Assembly: GCA_001792465.1 (NCBI GenBank)
Contig: MGGO01000008.1
Span: 20,575 to 55,289, forward strand
From: Candidatus Woesebacteria bacterium RIFCSPHIGHO2_01_FULL_44_10
Lineage (GTDB): Bacteria; Patescibacteriota; Microgenomatia; UBA8517
DNA length: 34,715 bases
Reading direction: 5' to 3'
Each line of letters opens with the position of its first letter. Positions within the stretch are counted from its first letter, which is position 1. Under the pieces are notes generated by a model. It did not search any database. It saw nothing but the letters and a program-made list of their open reading frames with translations, and had not been told where the DNA came from. The position numbers and the translations under genes are program-made. This document shows positions 26,801 to 32,101 of the stretch, piece after piece.

Positions 26801-28040
26801 CCTGCCGGACACACCGGGAGTGTATCGTTTTTTAGACCACGGCGGCAAAACACTCTATATCGGTAAAGCTAGAAACCTAAAAAATAGAGTTGCTTCTTAC
26901 TTCCTAAAAAGCGTGTTTGGAAAAACCAAGAAGATGGTTAGCCAGGCTAAGAGTATTTCTTGGGTGAAAACACTTTCTGATTTTGAAGCCATATTGCTTG
27001 AAGCCCAGTTGGTCAGAAAACACCAGCCTTTTTACAACGTTCAGTTAAAAGACGACAAATCTCCAATTTATATTGTGATCACGCAGGACGAATTCCCCCG
27101 GGTGACAATGGCGCGGAAAAGCGGCACTTTTGGCCCCTATACTAATGCTCAAACTGTCCGCAAGGTTTTAAAACTAATACGGCGGATTTATCCTTTTAGT
27201 CAGCACAAAGTTGGCAGAAAGGCTTGTCTTTATAACCAAATGGGTTTATGTAGCCCGTGTCCAAATACGATTAAAAACTCTGTACAAAAGCAAAAATATT
27301 TGCAAAATATCAAAAACATTAAAAAGCTTCTGAGCGGGGACTTGAAATTTGTCCGTAATGATTTGGGAAAAGAGATGCAGAAATATTCGAAAAAAAACAA
27401 CTTTGAGGAAGCGCAAAAAGTATTAACTAAGATGCAAATCCTTGATTATGTGACGACTCCAACCACTGTGGTAGAGAGGTACCTTAATAATCCCAATCTA
27501 GCGGAGGATTTACGCCAGCAAGAGGCGCAGAATCTGGCCCGCTACGTACAAGGTCCGTCCTTGTACGTAGGGCGGATAGAGTGCTATGATGTAGCTCATC
27601 TGGCTGGGACCAATCCTACCGCCTCAATGGTCACTTTCGTGGATGGTGAGCCGGACAAAAACCGGTATCGGCACTTTAAGATCAAAAAGGCCAGGCGGGG
27701 AGATGACTATGGAGCCTTGAAAGAGGTGCTAGAAAGAAGAAAAAAGAGATTTGAAGACTGGGGGAAGCCAGATTTGATAATTGTTGATGGTGGAAAGGGC
27801 CAGTTGTCAGCTGCCCTGGAAGTATTTGGCTATGATTTACCGGTCGTCGGGTTAGCCAAAAAATTTGAAACACTCGTTTCCTTCCAAAATGGCAAGTTTG
27901 TTTCTACCCGACTGCCTGCCGGACCTGCGCGAAATTTAGTAGTTCGTCTGCGCGATGAAGCCCACCGCTTTGCCCGCCGCCTCCACCATAAACAAGTCGC
28001 CAAAACCTTAACCCAAAATTTGCCAAGTGTGGTAGAATGA
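26784..28040 (+). CDS. uvrC: Excinuclease ABC subunit C, short form lacking the C-terminal (HhH)2 domain
   Basis: GIY-YIG domain (PGVYRFLD..TLYIGKARNLKNRVASYF), UVR motif (FEEAQKVLTKMQILD) and the RNase H-like endonuclease domain (IECYDVAHL, DLIIVDGGKGQL, VVGLAKKFE, LRDEAHRFA). The protein ends ~25 aa later at 418 aa. Confidence 0.9.
   Translation: MRITVNLPDTPGVYRFLDHGGKTLYIGKARNLKNRVASYFLKSVFGKTKKMVSQAKSISWVKTLSDFEAILLEAQLVRKHQPFYNVQLKDDKSPIYIVITQDEFPRVTMARKSGTFGPYTNAQTVRKVLKLIRRIYPFSQHKVGRKACLYNQMGLCSPCPNTIKNSVQKQKYLQNIKNIKKLLSGDLKFVRNDLGKEMQKYSKKNNFEEAQKVLTKMQILDYVTTPTTVVERYLNNPNLAEDLRQQEAQNLARYVQGPSLYVGRIECYDVAHLAGTNPTASMVTFVDGEPDKNRYRHFKIKKARRGDDYGALKEVLERRKKRFEDWGKPDLIIVDGGKGQLSAALEVFGYDLPVVGLAKKFETLVSFQNGKFVSTRLPAGPARNLVVRLRDEAHRFARRLHHKQVAKTLTQNLPSVVE
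28013..28031 (+). repeat. Direct repeat copy 1 (CCAAAATTTGCCAAGTGTG) inside the last codons of uvrC
   Basis: An exact 19-mer that recurs at 31966-31984. It extends to TTAACC(C)AAAATTTGCCAAGTGTG if one C indel is allowed. Confidence 0.9.
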
Positions 28041-28044
28041 ATTA

Positions 28045-28140
28045 ATGACTGCCGGGGAAACAAAGGTCTATTCTGAGTTTTTTACGAACCTCGCAGTAGC
28101 TTGGTTTTCTGCCGGGGCCAAGGGAGGAAACAAACCATGA
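28045..28140 (+). CDS. Mini-ORF 1 (31 aa, MTAGETKVYSEFFTNLAVAWFSAGAKGGNKP)
   Basis: The ATG lies 4 nt after the uvrC stop codon. The ORF ends in an ATGA overlap with mini-ORF 2 and contains the GGAGG that serves as the SD for mini-ORF 2. Confidence 0.3.
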   Translation: MTAGETKVYSEFFTNLAVAWFSAGAKGGNKP

Positions 28141-28241
28141 TAACAACAGAACAACTATGGCTCGCATTTGCTTTCGCCGCAATTGGTACAAATTTAATCG
28201 GTTTTTGGGCAATCTATCGTGTCACAAGAAAGAAAAAATGA
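28137..28241 (+). CDS. Mini-ORF 2 (34 aa single-TM peptide, MITTEQLWLAFAFAAIGTNLIGFWAIYRVTRKKK)
   Basis: GGAGG lies 8 nt upstream of the ATG. The peptide has one hydrophobic helix and a basic C-terminus. It has ATGA overlaps on both sides. Confidence 0.45.
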   Translation: MITTEQLWLAFAFAAIGTNLIGFWAIYRVTRKKK

Positions 28242-28324
28242 ACCCTGAAACAGTAGTTTATGCCTTAGCAATTATTACCAGCCTTATTACGGTGTATTTG
28301 CTTTTTTTCAAATACAAAGACTAA
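28238..28324 (+). CDS. Mini-ORF 3 (28 aa single-TM peptide, MNPETVVYALAIITSLITVYLLFFKYKD)
   Basis: ATGA-coupled to mini-ORF 2, with one hydrophobic helix. All three mini-ORFs fall below the 60-aa cut-off of the ORF track. Confidence 0.4.
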   Translation: MNPETVVYALAIITSLITVYLLFFKYKD

Positions 28325-28326
28325 GG

Positions 28327-28362
28327 CCCAAAACTTGACAAAAGTTGGGGAAAATGTAAACT
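28327..28362 (+). repeat. Promoter-like module, copy C (CCCAAAACTTGACAAAAGTTG ... TAAACT)
   Basis: It shares an exact 21-mer with 32053-32073. TTGACA (28335-28340), a 16-nt spacer and TAAACT (28357-28362) precede the GTG at 28369 by 6 nt. AACTT-GACAA-AAGTT is an inverted repeat. Confidence 0.6.
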
Positions 28363-28368
28363 CAAATT

Positions 28369-29628
28369 GTGAGAGTTAACAAATTTCCCGCAAGGCTGAA
28401 ACCGAGAAACATTCTCCAAAAACTAATTCCTTTCCTTAAAACAGAGGAAATTCTTTTATTATACGGAATGAGACAAACAGGCAAAACTTCGCTCATGTTT
28501 CTTCTTATGAATTATCTTCTCAACAAGAAGGTTGAACAATCCCAAATTGTTTATCTTGACTTGGAGAACATCGCTGACTTTGAGGCCTTAGAAAAAATCA
28601 GAGATTTTGACAATTTTATCAATCTACTTAAAGTCGTCCATAGGGTAAACATCAAAAAAAGAACTTTCATTTTCATCGACGAGATTCAACACCTAACTAA
28701 CCCCTCATCATTCTTAAAATACCTTCACGACCACTATAAACCCAATCTAAAGTTTATCGTTTCAGGGTCATCATCTCTGGAAATTAAAAAGAAATTTAGC
28801 GACGCTTTAACCGGTAGGATTTTACGGTTTGAAGTTCTCCCGCTTGAATACAAAGAATTTTTAAACTTCAGCGACCAGAAATCCTCTCTAACCAATTTTG
28901 AGGAATTCATTCTCTACGGCGGTTTTCCGGCAATCTCTTTGAAAAGTGATAGTGAAACCAAAGAACTGCTTCTAAAAGAAATTTATTCCCTTTATGTCAG
29001 GCGAGATATTAAAGATATCGGCGCGATCGAAGATATTTTATCTTTCAACCGATTGGCCGGTATTTTAGCAGCCCAGATCGGAAGTTTAGTTTCTGAAGTC
29101 AATCTATCCAATGCGGTTGACATTTCCAGACCAACAACAAAGAATTATCTTTTTATCCTTCAAAACACTTTTGTTATTAATCTTTTAACACCCTTCTTCA
29201 CCAATCCTAAAAAGGAATTAACTAAAACCCCCAAGGTCTATTTCAATGATACGGGATTAAGAAATGCGGCACTAGATAATTTCACTGACCTATCAAAAAG
29301 GGTCGACAAAGGATCCTTGGCAGAAAATGCTGTCTTTTCCGAGTTAAAAAAAGCGGGCATTGAAAAAATCAACTTCTGGCGTACCGAGCGCAAACAGGAA
29401 ATTGACTTTATTCTCCAAATTCAGGGAGAGATCTTCCCATTGGAAGTAAAATATCAAACCTTTAGAAACCCAAGAATTTCCTCCAACTTAAAAACGTTTA
29501 TCAAAAAATACCAGCCCGCAAAAGCCTATATCGCGACAAAAAACTTCAAGACCCAAACCGACTTTTTAGCCACCAAAGTTTATTTTGTTCCCTGTTACAA
29601 GCTGAACTATTTACTGCTTAAGGCGTAA
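28369..29628 (+). CDS. AAA+ ATPase of the COG1373 / DUF4143 family with a PD-(D/E)xK-like C-terminal region
   Basis: Walker A GMRQTGKTSL and Walker B FIFIDEIQH. The C-terminus reads ERKQEIDFILQ....FPLEVKYQ, which is restriction-endonuclease-like. The start codon is GTG. Confidence 0.8.
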   Translation: MRVNKFPARLKPRNILQKLIPFLKTEEILLLYGMRQTGKTSLMFLLMNYLLNKKVEQSQIVYLDLENIADFEALEKIRDFDNFINLLKVVHRVNIKKRTFIFIDEIQHLTNPSSFLKYLHDHYKPNLKFIVSGSSSLEIKKKFSDALTGRILRFEVLPLEYKEFLNFSDQKSSLTNFEEFILYGGFPAISLKSDSETKELLLKEIYSLYVRRDIKDIGAIEDILSFNRLAGILAAQIGSLVSEVNLSNAVDISRPTTKNYLFILQNTFVINLLTPFFTNPKKELTKTPKVYFNDTGLRNAALDNFTDLSKRVDKGSLAENAVFSELKKAGIEKINFWRTERKQEIDFILQIQGEIFPLEVKYQTFRNPRISSNLKTFIKKYQPAKAYIATKNFKTQTDFLATKVYFVPCYKLNYLLLKA

Positions 29629-29660
29629 CATTTCTGTAAGCATCCAGCACAGAAAAAAAT

Positions 29661-29748
29661 TTGCGTGGTATGTTATAATGAAAAAACGATTTGTCAAGGC
29701 CCAAAACTTGACAATCTAACCTGAAAGGAATATTATAGGGTTATAAAT
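29661..29748 (+). repeat. Promoter-like module, copy A (88 nt, paralogous to 32014-32101)
   Basis: 47/57 identity to copy B over the core at 29692-29748, and 18/31 over the upstream part. It contains TGTTATAAT (29671-29679), the inverted repeat TTGTCAAG-N8-CTTGACAA (29691-29714), and TTGACA-17-TATTAT (29708-29736). Confidence 0.75.
29681..29714 (-). terminator. Possible terminator of the minus-strand MTase/NTase/NUDIX operon
   Basis: The minus strand reads TTGTCAAG-ttttgggc-CTTGACAA, then atcg, then TTTTTT. The T-run is offset by 4 nt from the stem, so the terminator is non-canonical. Confidence 0.3.
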
Positions 29749-29750
29749 CC

Positions 29751-30200
29751 CTATTTTGTGAGGCCCAGTTGTTGCGGAGCAGTGGCAGCTCTTTCATCTA
29801 TAACCTCTTTTAGATGTTTTCTATAAAGTTTAAAATATTTCATTAGACCGGATGTCAAATCTAGTTTGTCAATATCTCTTGTTCTAAACCAGCCTAGTTC
29901 TTGTCCTTCATTCCCAAGTTTTACCCTTTTGAATTCGCTAGGGGTGAGCCTGACTGTAAAAAAAGCATGCTTAATAAAAAAGAAAACAGACAAATTTCCA
30001 AGGTAAGTAATGTTTTTAGGTACTATATCAATTTCTTCTTTGAGTTCGCGAATTAGGGCCTCTTTATGATTTTCTCCTGGCTCCAAACCCCCGCCCGGCA
30101 ACGACCACTTATCCGCCTCTTTTAACCCAGGAATATTGTCTCTTTGGATAAGTAGTATTTTTTTCCTGTATATAACAATAGCTTTTGAAGACGATTTCAT
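29751..30200 (-). CDS. NUDIX hydrolase
   Basis: Nudix box GGGLEPGENHKEALIRELKEEIDI. TGTTATATC (30215-30207, minus strand) lies 6 nt upstream of the ATG. Confidence 0.88.
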   Translation of the reverse strand: MKSSSKAIVIYRKKILLIQRDNIPGLKEADKWSLPGGGLEPGENHKEALIRELKEEIDIVPKNITYLGNLSVFFFIKHAFFTVRLTPSEFKRVKLGNEGQELGWFRTRDIDKLDLTSGLMKYFKLYRKHLKEVIDERAATAPQQLGLTK

Positions 30201-30231
30201 TGTTTGGATATAACATCAGCTGATTCGTCAT

Positions 30232-30993
30232 TTATTGCAAGAAAAACTTCCTCCGATCTATAATCACATTTAGATCAGAAATCTCTCGTATTATCTCTAT
30301 TCTTGCTCCATCAATAGGATTTACTTCTCCATCCATTTCGCCAAATTGAGGGTCAAAAACAACTCCTTCGTAGTGAAATGGTAAATGATGGTAATCGGAA
30401 GCATTGGTGATAACACCAGATATGCGGGCTTTTTCAAGAACTTCGTAAGCCCTTCTGCTCTTTTCTCTCCCGTATATCCCGAAATCAAGTTCATGTCTTT
30501 TTACCGGCTGACCAAACATAAGAGAACTTCCCGTAATTCCAATGTCATCAATACCAACCTCAATAAGTTTACACAAATTTCTTAAAGCTTCACCATCTTT
30601 GGGAATTTTGTCAAGATATGCCGGGGTAAAAGAATGTGGATCTTTGATCTCTTGAACATATTTTGTGGACAAAAAAGAAACTTTTCCTAGGTTCTCTTTT
30701 TCAACAAGGTCCTGAACCATCGGTAAGTATGTAATCCTATAAGAGGAGATCGACTGCCCAAAAACCTTTAAGTATTTTTGGCCATTAAGTTCTAATGACT
30801 TTTGTTCCGCCAGTTCCATAGATTCATCAACTGGTATGTAGGAAAGAATACAGGGTAATGCATCTTTCACGCCATTAACTGTCCAAGACCCGCAGCAGTA
30901 CCAGAAAGACCCATCGCTCGAACGTATAATGCTTCCAATAAGAGCATGGGGAGGGAAACTAACCAATCTTTCCTGCAAATATTCTGGTATCAT
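30232..30993 (-). CDS. Hypothetical protein with a C-terminal minimal nucleotidyltransferase-like (Pol-beta fold) motif
   Basis: IDDIGITGSSLMFGQPVKRHELDFGIYG fits the hG[GS]-x(9-13)-[DE]h[DE]h NTase pattern, with a later acidic strand VVFDPQF. The N-terminal ~140 aa are Cys/Trp-containing (FWYCCGSWTVNG) and unrecognised. It overlaps the upstream MTase gene by ATGA. Confidence 0.45.
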   Translation of the reverse strand: MIPEYLQERLVSFPPHALIGSIIRSSDGSFWYCCGSWTVNGVKDALPCILSYIPVDESMELAEQKSLELNGQKYLKVFGQSISSYRITYLPMVQDLVEKENLGKVSFLSTKYVQEIKDPHSFTPAYLDKIPKDGEALRNLCKLIEVGIDDIGITGSSLMFGQPVKRHELDFGIYGREKSRRAYEVLEKARISGVITNASDYHHLPFHYEGVVFDPQFGEMDGEVNPIDGARIEIIREISDLNVIIDRRKFFLQ

Positions 30994-31832
30994 ACAACGG
31001 GTGATTTGACAGCTTTGATATCTCCGAAATAAACAGGGACATGTCTTCCCAAGCGATTGACATGATATTTGCCAAACTCGGTGCGTAAAGGCTTCCCGTC
31101 AGCTATGATTGGCTGACCGTTTTCATCGTGCTGTATTTTAGCCTTTGTGATTAGAGACTGATTGAAGACATGACTCATATCATTAGCAAACTCGACTCTG
31201 AATCGCTGTTGCATTAACGCTGATACGTGATGTTCCATTGTCTGTGTTTTGAACACATAAATCCGGTCAAAAATTGCTAACGCCTCAGCCTCTATTTCTG
31301 TGAGCTCTCTGTTATGCTTAAAAACACCTTTATCGTACACAAATCCACCCGGTCTCAGAACCCTGTAGACTTCTGAATACAATCTTTCCAGTGAGTACGA
31401 ATATCCCGAAGATTCAAGGAAATAAATACCGTCAAAGGTATTGTCAGGAAAAGGTAACTCGTGAAAATCACACACATATACCTGGATGTGGTCACTCAGA
31501 CCCTTTTCTTGAACCAGTCGATGACCGATCTTTGCTTGTTCCAGTGAAAGCGTTACAGCACTGATTCTCGTTGTTTCTGTGAAATTAACAATATCAATAG
31601 CAGGTCCACAGGTACCACAACCAGCGTCGAGGAGGCAACTTCCAGATTTAATTCCCATCTTTTTTGCCACAAATTCATTGGTCTCGCGGTATGGATCTTC
31701 CTTGTAATGAATAAGTGTTGCAGCCTGGTAGCTATAGCCAATGTTATCAAGAATTAGTCGATTCATTCGATTGTAGTATTCTTTAACACTCTGTCGATAC
31801 TCCGAGAATTGTGGATGGTCTACTTCGGCCAT
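30990..31832 (-). CDS. Class I SAM-dependent methyltransferase (Methyltransf_11 / sterol-MT-like small-molecule type)
   Basis: Motif I LLDAGCGTCGPAIDI, the post-I acidic residue, HELPFPDNTFDGIYFLES and LRPGGFVY. The ATG at 31832 (MAEVDHPQF) is preferred over the TTG at 31925 used in the ORF track. Confidence 0.8.
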   Translation of the reverse strand: MAEVDHPQFSEYRQSVKEYYNRMNRLILDNIGYSYQAATLIHYKEDPYRETNEFVAKKMGIKSGSCLLDAGCGTCGPAIDIVNFTETTRISAVTLSLEQAKIGHRLVQEKGLSDHIQVYVCDFHELPFPDNTFDGIYFLESSGYSYSLERLYSEVYRVLRPGGFVYDKGVFKHNRELTEIEAEALAIFDRIYVFKTQTMEHHVSALMQQRFRVEFANDMSHVFNQSLITKAKIQHDENGQPIIADGKPLRTEFGKYHVNRLGRHVPVYFGDIKAVKSPVV

Positions 31833-31924
31833 TGTTGATAGAATACTATTTCTGTAGTTAAATCTCCACTTTGGGCTACACCCTGCCTCCGCACACCACC
31901 ACACGGCCAAACGCAATCTCCCCA

Positions 31925-31990
31925 ATGAGTAAGATTGGCCAGCCTGTGGGTGGGCTTTTGGTTAACCAAAATTTGCCAAGTGTGTTTTGA
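31925..31990 (+). pseudogene. 21-codon ORF that looks like a relic or duplicate of the uvrC 3' end (..VNQNLPSVF*)
   Basis: It contains direct-repeat copy 2 in the same reading frame as in uvrC (..LTQNLPSVVE*). Confidence 0.3.
31966..31984 (+). repeat. Direct repeat copy 2 (CCAAAATTTGCCAAGTGTG)
   Basis: Exact match to 28013-28031, located 3,953 bp downstream. Confidence 0.9.
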
Positions 31991-32013
31991 ACGGAGTTCT
32001 TAAACACGAGTGC

Positions 32014-32101
32014 TTGCGCGATGTGCTATACTAAATTAAACTAATGTCAAGACCCAAAACTTGACAAAAGTTGAGGAAAGTAATATTATAGGGTTATAAA
32101 T
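32014..32101 (+). repeat. Promoter-like module, copy B, immediately upstream of the ATG at 32102
   Basis: TGCTATACT (32024-32032), the inverted repeat TGTCAAG-N8-CTTGACA (32045-32067), TTGACA (32061-32066), a 17-nt spacer and TATTAT (32084-32089), then 12 nt to the ATG. Confidence 0.75.

Noticed and set aside
29629-29660. Hairpin TTCTGT-N11-ACAGAA after the ATPase gene as its terminator
   Set aside because: The stem is followed by an A-run (AAAAATTT) rather than a T-run on the plus strand. On the minus strand the T-run precedes the stem. It is therefore not a convincing intrinsic terminator in either orientation.
31833-31925. TTG-initiated 31-codon extension of the methyltransferase
   Set aside because: The extension (GRLRLAVWWCAEAGCSPKWRF..) looks non-coding and would overlap the plus-strand uvrC-relic ORF region. 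The ATG at 31832 precedes the recognisable MTase fold by a normal distance.
28327-32101. Interpreting the repeated modules as integron attC sites
   Set aside because: GTTGGGG and GTTGAGG superficially resemble the GTTRRRY core, and GCCCAAAAC resembles RYYYAAC. However, the palindromes are only ~27 nt long, they lack the extrahelical-base architecture of attC, and no intI gene is visible. I kept them as promoter/operator or unspecified recombination sites.
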